Assembly (NCBI RefSeq): GCF_030013205.1
Contig: NZ_CP122648.1
DNA length: 64,000 nt
Source: Escherichia coli
GTDB lineage: Bacteria; Pseudomonadota; Gammaproteobacteria; Enterobacterales; Enterobacteriaceae
Strand: one strand, 5' to 3'
Below, piece by piece: positions 1-13,420 of the stretch. The notes below the pieces were generated by a model. It had not been told where the DNA came from, ran no database searches, and worked only from the letters and a program-made list of their open reading frames with translations. The stretch's first letter is position 1. Each line of letters starts with the position of its first letter. Position numbers and translations under genes: made by a program.

Positions 1-1
1 A

Positions 2-415
2 GTCGAAAATTTGTTGGACTATCTTGAATACCTTTCAGACGAGAAAGAGATTTGCTTTAAGGTCGAGTGCAATCAGCAAATCTTTGCGGATAAAATTTTA
101 CTACAACGAATGTTATCGAATCTTATTGTTAACGCTATTCGATATTCGCCAGAAAAATCGCGCATTCTTATAACCAGTTTTCTTGATACCAACGGCTCTC
201 TTAATATTGATATCGCCAGCCCTGGTACGAAAATTAATGAGCCTGAAAAACTCTTCCGTAGATTTTGGCGCGGAGATAATTCGCGTCATTCCGTAGGTCA
301 GGGACTTGGTCTTTCTTTAGTCAAAGCGATTGCCGAATTGCATGGGGGAAGTGCTACGTATCACTATCTCAATAAGCTTAATGTGTTCCGGATTACGTTA
401 CCGCAAAGAAATTAA
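2..415 (+). CDS. hprS: Two-component sensor histidine kinase, C-terminal HATPase fragment (5' end lies outside the window)
   Basis: ORF 11..415 is open to the window edge; translation has histidine-kinase ATPase motifs (NLIVNAIRYSP, GQGLGLSLV) and sits next to hchA as in E. coli. Confidence 0.7.
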   Translation, partial: VENLLDYLEYLSDEKEICFKVECNQQIFADKILLQRMLSNLIVNAIRYSPEKSRILITSFLDTNGSLNIDIASPGTKINEPEKLFRRFWRGDNSRHSVGQGLGLSLVKAIAELHGGSATYHYLNKLNVFRITLPQRN

Positions 416-521
416 CATAGGGCTTCAGTACGCCATAAATTAACCGTGAAAAACGCAGCCACGTCGTGAGTATTAACGTGGCTGCGATTGATTATGCGCT
501 TACATTACAATGTAACAGGGA

Positions 522-1373
522 TTAACTCGAGTAAGCGGCCAGCATTTCCTGCGCCGCCAGTTTACCCAACGCATTCGCTGCGAAAGGACTGTCGCCGGTG
601 AGAACTTTACGGTCCTTATGTACTCGCCCGGTGATGTCGTCATTAATAATGTTCATGCCCATTTTCTTCAGCTCTTCGCCGAAGTACCAGGTGAGATGAC
701 CCGGCATATAGCCTATCTCTGGCGTTTGTTTGTCTGCGGCGTCTGGGAATGCGCAAATGGAATAACCATTCAGTGGGTTATCGCCGTGGCGAAGTGCCAG
801 AAAAGCCGCCGGACCGTGGCAAAGGGATATAACAAAACGGTCATTTTTGATTGCCCACTGTAAAGCGGCAGCCACGTCCTGGCTTTCTGGTAAACCAATA
901 AGTGCGCCATGACCACCAGGAACAAAGATTGCTGCATATTCGCTGTCAGCGTTGAGGCTGGCGACAACATCCGCGAGTTTATTAGGATTGCGGAACAACG
1001 ATTTATGCTGCTCAAAGAATGGCATTACTTTTTCATCTTTGTGTGGCATAGCCCAGTATTCAAACTTGGTCATCAGACCGGAAATGGTCGCCACTTCGAA
1101 TTCGAAACCTGCAGCATGGAGATGATACAACGGCAGCAACGTTTCAATCGGATGGTTACCGGTCGAAAACAGTTTGCCGTTATCGGTCGGCAAATAACGT
1201 TCGTCCGCGGCGATCACCAGAATTTTATGTTTACCACGATAAGGTTTTGGGTAGTCCACGCCATCAAGATCAGAGACAGGACTAGTATATTGGCTAAGCG
1301 AATATTCTGAAGGGAAGAATGCATTATCTTCAGCAATATCGACCTGCGGATTTTTACTTGTTTGAACAGTCAT
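522..1373 (-). CDS. hchA: Hsp31 glyoxalase/chaperone (DJ-1/PfpI family)
   Basis: 283-aa ORF, MTVQTSKNPQVDIAEDNAFFPSEYSL..., same length as E. coli HchA. Confidence 0.9.
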   Translation of the reverse strand: MTVQTSKNPQVDIAEDNAFFPSEYSLSQYTSPVSDLDGVDYPKPYRGKHKILVIAADERYLPTDNGKLFSTGNHPIETLLPLYHLHAAGFEFEVATISGLMTKFEYWAMPHKDEKVMPFFEQHKSLFRNPNKLADVVASLNADSEYAAIFVPGGHGALIGLPESQDVAAALQWAIKNDRFVISLCHGPAAFLALRHGDNPLNGYSICAFPDAADKQTPEIGYMPGHLTWYFGEELKKMGMNIINDDITGRVHKDRKVLTGDSPFAANALGKLAAQEMLAAYSS

Positions 1374-1884
1374 AGTGTATTCCTTATTGTTGCTTAGTTA
1401 GGGTAGTCACTATATTTGCGACTGAGCTGGTCGCTATTTTTAACCAGGCTGGAAAATTGAGTCAATATATCGAAAGCGGTAGTCGGCGGGTGTAAGTATG
1501 TAATGATGATGCTGCACTGGTGTTGAATATTATTCACGCCAAATTTTCCTTATTGAGCAACGTCGTCGCAAGTGGCCTCAATGATTTTAGACCATTATCA
1601 GAGGTCCGGGGCGGCAGGGAGAGATTTAGTGCTGTGGAATATTGTGGTGCTGATGAATATTTATATCCCGGATTGGTAGAGAAAAAGCTTTTTCCATGCA
1701 CTTTTTTTGCAAATATTTCTGTATGGGAGGCGGTTTTGTTGCAGATTAATTCATAAAGAAATGCATTTGGGTGTTGGCTGGAAGAGTCGCGGGTAGATGT
1801 TATTGTGCCAGCAGGGGCAGGGTAAGGTACTGTATCGATATGCTTTGGCAATTGCATGTGCCGCAGAGGGAGATGAAATGCCAA

Positions 1885-1922
1885 TAAAAAAGCCTGAGTT
1901 CGATGAGGGACGAACTCAGGCT
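1885..1922 (-). terminator. Intrinsic terminator downstream of yedS
   Basis: 12-bp perfect stem (agcctgagttcg/cgaactcaggct) with 8-nt loop; on the minus strand it is followed by TTTTTATTGG, about 45 nt past the yedS stop. Confidence 0.55.
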
Positions 1923-1964
1923 AGTGTTAACTTTTACAGTAACACGCCGCGGCGCGTTGGCTGA

Positions 1965-3158
1965 TTAGAACTGGTAGACTAAGCCCACAGCAACGATATC
2001 ATCGGTAGCGATGCCGTTTGCTTTGTAGAAGTCGTCGTCGTTGTCCAGCAGGTTGATTTTGTAATCAACGTAGGTGGACATGTTTTTGTTGAAGTAGTAA
2101 GTCGCACCAATATCAACGTATTTAACCAGATCTTTATTGGTGTAACGTGGGTCGCCGTTGCCGTCATGAGCCCAACCACCTAAATCCTTACCTTTAGATT
2201 GCAGGTAAGCGATGGACGGGCGCAGGCCGAAGTCGAACTGATACTGAGCAACAACTTCAAAGTTTTGGGTTTTGTTCGCAATACCACCTCTGTCAATGTC
2301 GTTATTGTCTTTTCCGCTGCCATATGCAGTCATATTACGTGTTTCTGCATACATTGCCGCTAAATAGACATTATTCGCATCATATTTAGCACCGACTGTC
2401 CATGCTTCAGCTGTTTCACCACCAGCATATTTATTCGAGCGTTGCTCACCTAAACCAGTAGCACGTTGGTTATCAGTACGGTCAGAGTTTGAATATGCAG
2501 CCCCGAGGCTTAACCCGAAGTCAAAGTCATAGGAAGTGGACATACCGAAACCGTCACCATTTTCTTTAGACAGTTTACGATTATTACCATTACCAGAACC
2601 TTCTTGATCCCAAAGCCCACCCGATCCTTCATTATTACCCTGATATTGCAGAGCAAAGTTCAGGCCATCGACCTGACCAAAGAAGCCATTGTTACGGTAG
2701 GTTGCAACACCATTAGCACGACCGTTCAGGAAGTTGTCGGCACCAGCATAGGTATCGCCACCAAATTCTGGCAGCATATCGGTCCATGCTTCGATGTCAT
2801 ATACGACACCGTAGTTACGACCATAGTCGAAAGTACCATTCTGACCAAAGCCTAAACCTGCAAATGCCAGACGCGTTGCGGTATTACCTTTGTCGCTTTC
2901 AGGACCGTTTGCGCCAATGTTAAATTCCCACTGACCATAACCAGTGAATTGGTCAGCGATCTGAGTTTCACCTTTGAAACCGATACGGGCATATGACATG
3001 TCGCCATCGCTGCCAGCATCATCAGAGAAGTAGTGCAGGCCCGCTACTTTTCCGTACAAATCCAGTTTATTACCATCTTTATTATAGACTTCAGCCGCAT
3101 TTGCTGCGCCAGCAACTAATAACGCCGGGACCAGCATTGCCAGAACTTTTCTTTTCAT
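1965..3158 (-). CDS. yedS: OmpC/OmpF-family outer-membrane porin, intact reading frame
   Basis: ORF 1965..3188; start set at [21 protein letters not shown] signal peptide; porin-like GxxYxF-rich beta-barrel sequence ending ...VGLVYQF. Confidence 0.85.
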   Translation of the reverse strand: MKRKVLAMLVPALLVAGAANAAEVYNKDGNKLDLYGKVAGLHYFSDDAGSDGDMSYARIGFKGETQIADQFTGYGQWEFNIGANGPESDKGNTATRLAFAGLGFGQNGTFDYGRNYGVVYDIEAWTDMLPEFGGDTYAGADNFLNGRANGVATYRNNGFFGQVDGLNFALQYQGNNEGSGGLWDQEGSGNGNNRKLSKENGDGFGMSTSYDFDFGLSLGAAYSNSDRTDNQRATGLGEQRSNKYAGGETAEAWTVGAKYDANNVYLAAMYAETRNMTAYGSGKDNNDIDRGGIANKTQNFEVVAQYQFDFGLRPSIAYLQSKGKDLGGWAHDGNGDPRYTNKDLVKYVDIGATYYFNKNMSTYVDYKINLLDNDDDFYKANGIATDDIVAVGLVYQF

Positions 3159-3470
3159 TATGTATTCCCTTGTGATTATAATCTTCATGAATATATCAAT
3201 AAGTGCCGTTATCCAAAAAAAAGCACATTTGGATACTATTCTATGAAGTTCATTTTATTTTAAAGATTACATGCAACAAATATATTTAAAAGATTTCAAA
3301 ATGTTTCTAATCTATTTAATATAATTCGGAATTATGAATTCTAAATATAAATATTCATGAAAATTATAAATGTATATCAATATGTTATGAGTTGAGCGGA
3401 AACATAGGGGGTATCAATGATTGTTGCGCCAAACGGCTGGTGTGATCACGCGCACATTAATGAAGGCATA

Positions 3471-3558
3471 AAAAAAGCCGGCATCATGCCGGCCCAAAAA
3501 AATAAACAAGACGATAAAAGGCTAATAACGGAAGCATCATGACACAGAATAATAAAAA
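3471..3558 (-). ncRNA. rseX: Candidate small RNA (RseX-like) between yedR and yedS
   Basis: Minus-strand TACAAT -10 near 3565-3570 and a 7-bp GC hairpin (gccggca/tgccggc) followed by T7 at ~3470-3476 give a ~90-nt transcript; RseX maps between yedR and yedS in K-12 (recalled, sequence not verified). Confidence 0.4.
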
Positions 3559-3842
3559 GGTATAATTGTAATCAGTGCTAATATATTGATTGAATGAATT
3601 AATAAAGCCGATATCAAAGATAAATAAAATCGCTCAAAACGATTTTTCCTGTATTCACTGCCGTTGCGCAAAAATTATCTATTTGTTCAAAAAATGATTG
3701 AGTCTTGACTGGCTCATCCAATGTGGAAAAATGTGACTTTTATCACATAATAGTACTAAGTCTGAATTTTCCGGGTTATCTCAAAATGGAATACGGTTCG
3801 ACAAAGATGGAAGAGAGACTCTCTCGCAGCCCTGGCGGCTAA

Positions 3843-4088
3843 TTGGCTTTGTGGGCTTTCTATACATGGTGTGGCTATTTCGTCTGGGCAATGGCGCGTT
3901 ACATCTGGGTGATGAGCCGGATCCCTGATGCCCCGGTGTCGGGATTTGAAAGCGATTTAGGCTCTACCGCGGGAAAGTGGTTAGGGGCACTGGTCGGATT
4001 TTTATTTATGGCTCTGGTCGGGGCATTGTTAGGCAGCATTGCCTGGTACACCCGACCTCGTCCCGCACGTAGCAGACGCTATGAATAA
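3843..4088 (+). CDS. yedR: Small inner-membrane protein YedR
   Basis: 81-aa ORF with two hydrophobic helices; position between yedS and yedJ; start codon (TTG at 3843 or a downstream ATG) uncertain. Confidence 0.65.
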   Translation: MALWAFYTWCGYFVWAMARYIWVMSRIPDAPVSGFESDLGSTAGKWLGALVGFLFMALVGALLGSIAWYTRPRPARSRRYE

Positions 4089-4100
4089 AAACTGCTAAGG

Positions 4101-4715
4101 TTGCGACTCTTTGGCAACGGAGCGCGTATGGACTTACAACACTGGCAGGCACAGTTCGAAAACTGGTTGAAAAACCATCATCAGCACCAGGACGCGGCCC
4201 ATGACGTGTGTCATTTTCGCCGCGTCTGGGCTACGGCACAGAAGCTGGCGGCAGAAGAGACGCGTCGCCTGCTGCGTGAAGAATTCGTGCAATTTCCGGC
4301 GGAGAAAATCGAGGCCGTTTGTCATGCCATTGCCGCTCACAGTTTCAGCGCGCAAATCGCCCCCTTAACAACGGAAGCTAAAATCGTCCAGGATGCGGAT
4401 CGGCTGGAAGCCCTGGGGGCGATTGGCCTGGCGCGCGTGTTTGCTGTTTCAGGGGCATTGGGCGTGGCGCTGTTTGATGGTGAAGATCCGTTCGCACAGC
4501 ATCGCCCGCTGGATGATAAACGCTACGCGCTGGATCATTTCCAGACTAAGTTGCTGAAGCTACCGCAAACCATGCAAACCGCAAGAGGCAAGCAGCTGGC
4601 GCAGCACAACGCGCAATTTTTAGTCGAGTTTATGGCGAAGCTCAGTGCCGAACTGGCGGGGGAGAATGAAGGTGTCGATCACAAGGTGATAGATGCGTTT
4701 TCACCCGCGGGCTGA
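4101..4715 (+). CDS. yedJ: HD-domain phosphohydrolase YedJ
   Basis: 204-aa ORF with an H..HD-type motif region ([19 protein letters not shown]); immediately upstream of dcm; start may be the second Met at 4128. Confidence 0.8.
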   Translation: MRLFGNGARMDLQHWQAQFENWLKNHHQHQDAAHDVCHFRRVWATAQKLAAEETRRLLREEFVQFPAEKIEAVCHAIAAHSFSAQIAPLTTEAKIVQDADRLEALGAIGLARVFAVSGALGVALFDGEDPFAQHRPLDDKRYALDHFQTKLLKLPQTMQTARGKQLAQHNAQFLVEFMAKLSAELAGENEGVDHKVIDAFSPAG

Positions 4716-4781
4716 GCGCGTGGCCCTAAATGGCTGTAATTATGTTAACCTGTCGGCCATCTCAGATGGCCGGTTAAATCT

Positions 4782-6200
4782 ATGCAGGAAAATATATCAG
4801 TAACCGATTCATACAGCACCGGGAATGCCGCACAGGCAATGCTGGAGAAACTGCTGCAAATTTATGATGTTAAAACGCTGGTGGCGCAGCTTAATGGTGT
4901 GGGTGAGAATCACTGGAGCGCGGCAATTTTAAAACGTGCGCTGGCGAATGACTCGGCATGGCACCGTTTAAGTGAGAAAGAGTTCGCCCATCTGCAAACG
5001 TTGTTACCCAAACCACCGGCACATCATCCGCATTATGCGTTTCGCTTTATCGATCTATTTGCCGGTATTGGCGGCATCCGTCGCGGTTTTGAATCGATTG
5101 GCGGACAGTGCGTGTTTACCAGCGAATGGAACAAACATGCGGTACGCACTTATAAAGCCAACCATTATTGCGACCCGGCGACGCATCATTTTAATGAAGA
5201 TATTCGCGACATCACCCTCAGCCATAAAGAAGGCGTGAGTGATGAGACGGCGGCGGAACATATTCGTCAACACATTCCTGAACACGATGTATTACTGGCC
5301 GGTTTCCCATGTCAGCCATTTTCGCTGGCTGGCGTATCGAAAAAGAACTCGCTCGGGCGGGCGCACGGTTTTGCCTGTGATACCCAGGGCACGCTGTTCT
5401 TTGATGTGGTGCGTATTATCGACGCGCGTCGACCGGCGATTTTTGTGCTCGAAAACGTCAAAAACCTGAAAAGCCACGACCAGGGTAAAACGTTCCGCAT
5501 CATCATGCAGACGCTGGACGAACTGGGCTATGACGTGGCCGACGCAGACGATAACGGGCCGGACGATCCGAAAATCATCGATGGCAAACATTTCCTGCCG
5601 CAGCACCGTGAACGCATCGTGCTGGTGGGTTTTCGTCGCGATCTGAATCTGAAAGCCGATTTTACCCTGCGTGATATCAGCGAATGTTTCCCTGCGCAGC
5701 GAGTGACGCTGGCGCAGCTGCTGGACCCGATGGTCGAGGCGAAATATATCCTGACGCCGGTGCTGTGGAAGTACCTCTATCGTTATGCGAAAAAACATCA
5801 GGCACGCGGTAACGGCTTCGGTTATGGAATGGTTTATCCGAACAATCCGCAAAGCGTCACGCGTACGCTGTCTGCTCGTTATTACAAAGATGGCGCGGAA
5901 ATTTTAATCGATCGCGGTTGGGATATGGCCACGGGTGAGAAAGACTTTGACGATCCGCTGAATCAGCAACATCGTCCACGTCGGTTAACGCCTCGTGAAT
6001 GTGCGCGCTTAATGGGTTTTGAAGCGCCGGGAGAAGCGAAATTCCGCATTCCGGTTTCGGACACTCAGGCCTATCGCCAGTTCGGTAACTCGGTGGTCGT
6101 ACCGGTCTTTGCCGCGGTGGCAAAACTGCTTGAGCCAAAAATCAAACAGGCGGTGGCGTTGCGTCAGCAAGAGGCACAACATGGCCGACGTTCACGATAA
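4782..6200 (+). CDS. dcm: DNA-cytosine methyltransferase (CCWGG)
   Basis: 472-aa ORF; C5-MTase motifs FAGIGG, PCQPFS, ENV; same length as E. coli Dcm. Confidence 0.95.
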   Translation: MQENISVTDSYSTGNAAQAMLEKLLQIYDVKTLVAQLNGVGENHWSAAILKRALANDSAWHRLSEKEFAHLQTLLPKPPAHHPHYAFRFIDLFAGIGGIRRGFESIGGQCVFTSEWNKHAVRTYKANHYCDPATHHFNEDIRDITLSHKEGVSDETAAEHIRQHIPEHDVLLAGFPCQPFSLAGVSKKNSLGRAHGFACDTQGTLFFDVVRIIDARRPAIFVLENVKNLKSHDQGKTFRIIMQTLDELGYDVADADDNGPDDPKIIDGKHFLPQHRERIVLVGFRRDLNLKADFTLRDISECFPAQRVTLAQLLDPMVEAKYILTPVLWKYLYRYAKKHQARGNGFGYGMVYPNNPQSVTRTLSARYYKDGAEILIDRGWDMATGEKDFDDPLNQQHRPRRLTPRECARLMGFEAPGEAKFRIPVSDTQAYRQFGNSVVVPVFAAVAKLLEPKIKQAVALRQQEAQHGRRSR

Positions 6201-6651
6201 GGCCACACGAAGCAAAAATATGCGCGCAATTGCCACGCGTGATACGGCGATTGAGAAGCGTCTCGCCAGTTTGTTAACCGGGCAGGGCCTGGCGTTTCGC
6301 GTTCAGGACGCGGATCTCCCCGGACGCCCGGATTTTGTCGTTGATGAATATCGCTGCGTGATATTTACCCACGGCTGCTTCTGGCATCATCATCACTGCT
6401 ATCTGTTTAAAGTGCCTGCGACTCGAACCGAGTTCTGGCTGGAGAAGATAGGTAAAAATGTTGAGCGGGATCGCCGTGATATCAGTCGCTTGCAGGAGCT
6501 TGGCTGGCGCGTACTGATTGTCTGGGAGTGTGCGTTACGTGGGCGCGAGAAGCTGACGGATGAAGCGCTTAGCGAGCGTCTGGAAGAGTGGATCTGCGGC
6601 GAAGGTGCCAGCGCGCAGATCGACACGCAGGGGATTCATTTACTCGCTTGA
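6181..6651 (+). CDS. vsr: Very-short-patch repair endonuclease
   Basis: [28 protein letters not shown]... 156 aa inside ORF 6019..6651; overlaps the dcm 3' end in a different frame, as known for dcm-vsr. Confidence 0.9.
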   Translation: MADVHDKATRSKNMRAIATRDTAIEKRLASLLTGQGLAFRVQDADLPGRPDFVVDEYRCVIFTHGCFWHHHHCYLFKVPATRTEFWLEKIGKNVERDRRDISRLQELGWRVLIVWECALRGREKLTDEALSERLEEWICGEGASAQIDTQGIHLLA

Positions 6652-7560
6652 TGCGTCCTGAATAACTGGCGCAACTACGGGTTTTGCCGGGAAGAGATAT
6701 TTTCCCAACGTGACCAGTACCACCGCGAAGACAATCACGCCGAGCGCCAGCCATTCAATCTTCGACAGCGTTTCGCCGCCCAGTCCCGTACCCAGCAAGA
6801 CCGCGACCACCGGGTTAACGTAGGCGTAGCTGGTGGCGAGAGCCGGACTGACGTTGCGGATTAAATACATATAAGCGTTAATGGCGATAATCGAACCAAA
6901 CAGCGCCAGATAGCCGACCGCAAGGAAGCCTGAAAGGGAAGGGAGCGCCGTCAGTTTTTCACCCGCAATCATCGACGCGATCATTAACACCACGCCTGCC
7001 GCCAGCATCTCAATTGCACCCGCCATCATCCCTACAGGTAAGGTAATGCGCGAGCCATAAACCGAGCCAAACGCCCAGCTAATCGAGCCGATTAAAATCA
7101 GAATCGCGCCCCACGGATTGCCGCTTAAATTTCCACCGCTATTGAGCATGATGATTCCGGCAAGCCCAATGGCGATACCCACCCATTCCAGTTTGCGCGT
7201 TTTAATGCCAAACAGGCGGCTGAAGCACAGGGTAAAGAGGGGCACGGTTGCAACCACTACGGCGGCGATGCCGGAAGGAACATTTTGATGTTCGGCAACC
7301 GTTACCATGCCATTACCGACAGCCAGCAATAACAGGCCAATCAGCGCGGCATTGAGCAGCGGACGTAGCGGGGGGAGTTTGTGTCCGCGCAGTAGCAAAA
7401 ATGCCAGCAATAAAATACCGGCTGCCAGGAATCGAACGCCCGCCATCATTAACGGCGGCCAGCTTTCCACGCCAATCCGAATGACAAAATAGGTTGAGCC
7501 CCAAATGATATACAACGCAAACAACGCGCCAAAAAGCGGTAACAACTGGCGGAAACGCAT
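6640..7560 (-). CDS. yedA: EamA/DMT-family transporter
   Basis: 306-aa polytopic membrane ORF, MRFRQLLPLFGALFALYIIWGSTYF... Confidence 0.9.
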   Translation of the reverse strand: MRFRQLLPLFGALFALYIIWGSTYFVIRIGVESWPPLMMAGVRFLAAGILLLAFLLLRGHKLPPLRPLLNAALIGLLLLAVGNGMVTVAEHQNVPSGIAAVVVATVPLFTLCFSRLFGIKTRKLEWVGIAIGLAGIIMLNSGGNLSGNPWGAILILIGSISWAFGSVYGSRITLPVGMMAGAIEMLAAGVVLMIASMIAGEKLTALPSLSGFLAVGYLALFGSIIAINAYMYLIRNVSPALATSYAYVNPVVAVLLGTGLGGETLSKIEWLALGVIVFAVVLVTLGKYLFPAKPVVAPVIQDASSE

Positions 7561-7732
7561 AATCCCTCACGGTGGAAATAAAAAGGTGGTTCATAGTAAA
7601 CGTGAAAATCATTCTGCTGGCGAGAGATATAATTGCACTTGATTGTTAAAAAAATGTTGACCTGTGAAGCAAGTATCAGAGCTACCGTTTTTGCTTCATA
7701 CTTACACCCTTCAACAATAAAAATGAGAGGGA

Positions 7733-8650
7733 ATGCTTTTGGCCGGGAGTAGTTTACTGACGTTGCTCGATGATATCGCCACACTGCTGGACGATATCTC
7801 CGTGATGGGCAAACTGGCGGCGAAGAAAACCGCCGGTGTATTAGGGGATGACTTATCGCTCAATGCGCAACAAGTTTCAGGCGTGCGGGCCAACCGGGAA
7901 CTTCCCGTGGTCTGGGGCGTGGCGAAAGGATCGCTGATCAATAAAGTGATTCTGGTGCCGCTGGCGCTGATCATCAGTGCGTTTATCCCGTGGGCGATTA
8001 CGCCACTGTTGATGATTGGCGGCGCGTTTCTCTGCTTTGAAGGGGTAGAGAAAGTGCTGCATATGCTGGAGGCGCGTAAACATAAAGAAGATCCGGCGCA
8101 GAGTCAGCAGCGTCTGGAGAAGCTGGCGGCGCAGGATCCGCTGAAGTTTGAAAAGGACAAAATAAAAGGGGCGATTCGTACCGATTTTATATTGTCTGCG
8201 GAAATCGTCGCCATCACGCTGGGGATTGTGGCAGAAGCGCCGTTGCTTAATCAGGTGCTGGTGCTTTCAGGCATCGCGCTGGTAGTGACCGTGGGCGTCT
8301 ACGGTCTGGTAGGGGTTATCGTTAAGATTGATGACCTGGGGTATTGGCTGGCGGAAAAATCCAGCGCGCTGATGCAGGCATTAGGTAAAGGGTTATTGAT
8401 CATTGCGCCCTGGTTGATGAAGGCGTTATCGATTGTCGGCACGCTGGCGATGTTCCTCGTCGGCGGCGGGATTGTGGTACATGGTATTGCGCCGCTGCAT
8501 CACGCCATTGAACATTTCGCCGGGCAGCAAAGTGCAGTGGTGGCGATGATATTACCGACTGTTTTAAATCTGATTCTTGGTTTTATCATCGGTGGCATCG
8601 TGGTGCTGGGAGTGAAAGCAGTAGCGAAAATGCGCGGTCAGGCACATTAA
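7733..8650 (+). CDS. yedI: DUF808 inner-membrane protein
   Basis: 305-aa [35 protein letters not shown]... Confidence 0.9.
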   Translation: MLLAGSSLLTLLDDIATLLDDISVMGKLAAKKTAGVLGDDLSLNAQQVSGVRANRELPVVWGVAKGSLINKVILVPLALIISAFIPWAITPLLMIGGAFLCFEGVEKVLHMLEARKHKEDPAQSQQRLEKLAAQDPLKFEKDKIKGAIRTDFILSAEIVAITLGIVAEAPLLNQVLVLSGIALVVTVGVYGLVGVIVKIDDLGYWLAEKSSALMQALGKGLLIIAPWLMKALSIVGTLAMFLVGGGIVVHGIAPLHHAIEHFAGQQSAVVAMILPTVLNLILGFIIGGIVVLGVKAVAKMRGQAH

Positions 8651-8728
8651 TACTCGCACAGGCTATTATGCAAAATTTGCCATCTTAAACTAAGGTGAAC
8701 AAGTTTCACTCGAAAAAAGGAGGCGAGT

Positions 8729-8911
8729 ATGAGCTTTATGGTTAGTGAGGAAGTTACGGTTAAAGAGGGCGGCCCGCGGATGATTGTCACCGGATACTCC
8801 AGCGGTATGGTTGAGTGTCGTTGGTATGACGGTTACGGGGTCAAGCGGGAAGCTTTTCATGAAACCGAGCTTGTTCCGGGGGAGGGGAGTCGTTCTGCGG
8901 AAGAAGTTTGA
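8729..8911 (+). CDS. yodC: Small protein YodC
   Basis: 60-aa ORF, MSFMVSEEVTVKEGGPRMIVTGY..., with a GGAGG ribosome-binding site upstream. Confidence 0.8.
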   Translation: MSFMVSEEVTVKEGGPRMIVTGYSSGMVECRWYDGYGVKREAFHETELVPGEGSRSAEEV

Positions 8912-9081
8912 AAGGGTATCATTAACACCAGGCCGGATCACATCCGGCCTGGTGTGCCAATGCCTGCAATGAATGATAGTCGCGTCTTATCATGCCACCA
9001 TTATAAAATTATCGCTGTTTTGCGGTACGTTATCGCCGGGTTATGCCAGAATCATAAAAAAGCAGGTTGGGAGTCGTCAGG

Positions 9082-11606
<2,525 letters not shown>

Positions 11607-11785
11607 TTACCAGGATGATTCTCAAAACAGCACAAATTATCAAAGATGATTTTTTCGGGAGCGATCCCGTTGACGCCAGAGCCACCAAGGGGTGACGCGC
11701 GTCACATTTCTATTCATAAGTAGCGTTAATCATTCATATCACGAATATTTTCTTGTCAGCGAAAAAAATTGCGGATAAGGTGATG

Positions 11786-11874
11786 AGCACATCAGATTTC
11801 CTGGTGTAACGAATTTTTTAAGTGCTTCTTGCTTAAGCAAGTTTCATCCCGACCCCCTCAGAGTCGGGATTTTT
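11786..11874 (+). ncRNA. dsrA: DsrA small regulatory RNA
   Basis: Near-exact match to the recalled DsrA sequence (...CACATCAGATTTCCTGGTGTAACGAATTTTTTAAGTGCTTCTTGCTTAAGCAAGTTTCATCCCGACCCCCTCAGAGTCGGGATTTTTTT) including its terminal hairpin and U-tract. Confidence 0.9.
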
Positions 11875-11885
11875 TTATTTTGCAT

Positions 11886-12113
11886 TCAACGATTCACTTC
11901 AGAGACGCTGAAGTCATGAATATCCAGTTCGAAGGCATCCGCCAATTCACGCCAAGTATGATATTCACGTCCATCGACGCTAACGTGTTCAGAATCGTTC
12001 TGGCTGCGATGAACTTCGCTTTCGCTAATTTCATTGATCGCCGCCAGCAGGGCATCGACATCGACGCTGACCTCACGTTTTGCGGTATCGCTGTACTCTT
12101 TTGCGGTTTTCAT
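11886..12113 (-). CDS. yodD: Small stress protein YodD
   Basis: MKTAKEYSDTAKREVSVDVDALLAAINEISESEVHR... 75 aa within ORF 11886..12128. Confidence 0.85.
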   Translation of the reverse strand: MKTAKEYSDTAKREVSVDVDALLAAINEISESEVHRSQNDSEHVSVDGREYHTWRELADAFELDIHDFSVSEVNR

Positions 12114-12185
12114 CATCTTTCCTCGCAACCGTTGCTCTGTTGTTGCCGCCAGTCGTTAAGTCCGCCTGGCATCTCTTAAGTATAG

Positions 12186-12464
<279 letters not shown>

Positions 12465-12507
12465 TCTAATTCAGCCTGACTGGTGGGAAACCACCAGTCA
12501 GAATGTG

Positions 12508-13131
12508 TTAGCGCATGTTGACAAAAATACCATTAGTCACATTATCCGTCAGTCGGACGACATGGTAGATAACCTGTTTATTATGCGTTTTGATCTTACG
12601 TTTAATATTACCTTTATGCGATGAAACGGTCTTGGCTTTGATATTCATTTGGTCGGAGATTTGAATGGTTCCCTGACCTGCCATCCACATTCGCAACATA
12701 CTCGATTCGGTTCGGCTCAATGATAACGTCGGCATATTTAAAAACGAGGTTATCGTTGTCTCTTTTTTCAGAATATCGCCAAGGATATCGTCGAGAGATT
12801 CCGGTTTAATCGATTTAGAACTGATCAATAAATTTTTTCTGACCAATAGATATTCATCAAAATGAACATTGGCAATTGCCATAAAAACGATAAATAACGT
12901 ATTGGGATGTTGATTAATGATGAGCTTGATACGCTGACTGTTAGAAGCATCGTGGATGAAACAGTCCTCATTAATAAACACCACTGAAGGGCGCTGTGAA
13001 TCACAAGCTATGGCAAGGTCATCAACGGTTTCAATGTCGTTGATTTCTCTTTTTTTAACCCCTCTACTCAACAGATACCCGGTTAAACCTAGTCGGGTGT
13101 AACTACATAAATCCATAATAATCGTTGACAT
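12508..13131 (-). CDS. rcsA: Capsule-synthesis transcriptional co-activator RcsA (LuxR-type HTH)
   Basis: 207-aa [42 protein letters not shown]... Confidence 0.95.
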
Positions 13132-13381
13132 GGCATACCCTCACTCAATGCGTAACGATAATTCCCCTTACCTGAATATTTCATCATGACTAAACGGAAC
13201 AACATGGGTCACCTAATGCGCCACTCTCGCGATTTTTCAGGCGGACTTACTATCCCGTAAAGTGTTGTATAATTTGCCTGGAATTGTCTTAAAGTAAAGT
13301 AAATGTTGCGATATGTGAGTGAGCTTAAAACAAATATTTCGCCGCAGGAGTATCCTGGAAGATGTTCGTAGGTATTATTTT

Positions 13382-13395
13382 TCGGATAATCCTTA
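13382..13395 (-). promoter_or_regulatory. Possible RcsAB-box-like element upstream of rcsA
   Basis: Minus-strand TAAGGATTATCCGA resembles the RcsAB-box consensus TaAGaatatTCctA and is embedded in a palindrome (ATCCTTAGGAT); ~250 bp upstream of the rcsA start, so assignment is tentative. Confidence 0.3.
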
Positions 13396-13420
13396 GGATA
13401 ACATGATAAACGTTACGGAA

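Noticed and set aside
618-1310. Plus-strand ORFs (81 and 133 aa) inside hchA
   Set aside because: They lie antisense within a well-supported gene and their translations are low-complexity with no recognisable motifs; typical spurious overlapping ORFs.
1520-1884. ORFs of 78 and 116 aa in the hchA-yedS intergenic region
   Set aside because: No ribosome-binding site or protein-like composition; they overlap each other on opposite strands in a promoter/terminator region.
5292-5852. 186-aa minus-strand ORF inside dcm
   Set aside because: Antisense to a conserved methyltransferase; Arg/His-rich translation typical of GC-rich antisense frames.
6019-6180. N-terminal 54-codon extension of the vsr ORF
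   Set aside because: Vsr starts at MADVHDK (6181); the upstream extension is the dcm 3' end read in another frame.
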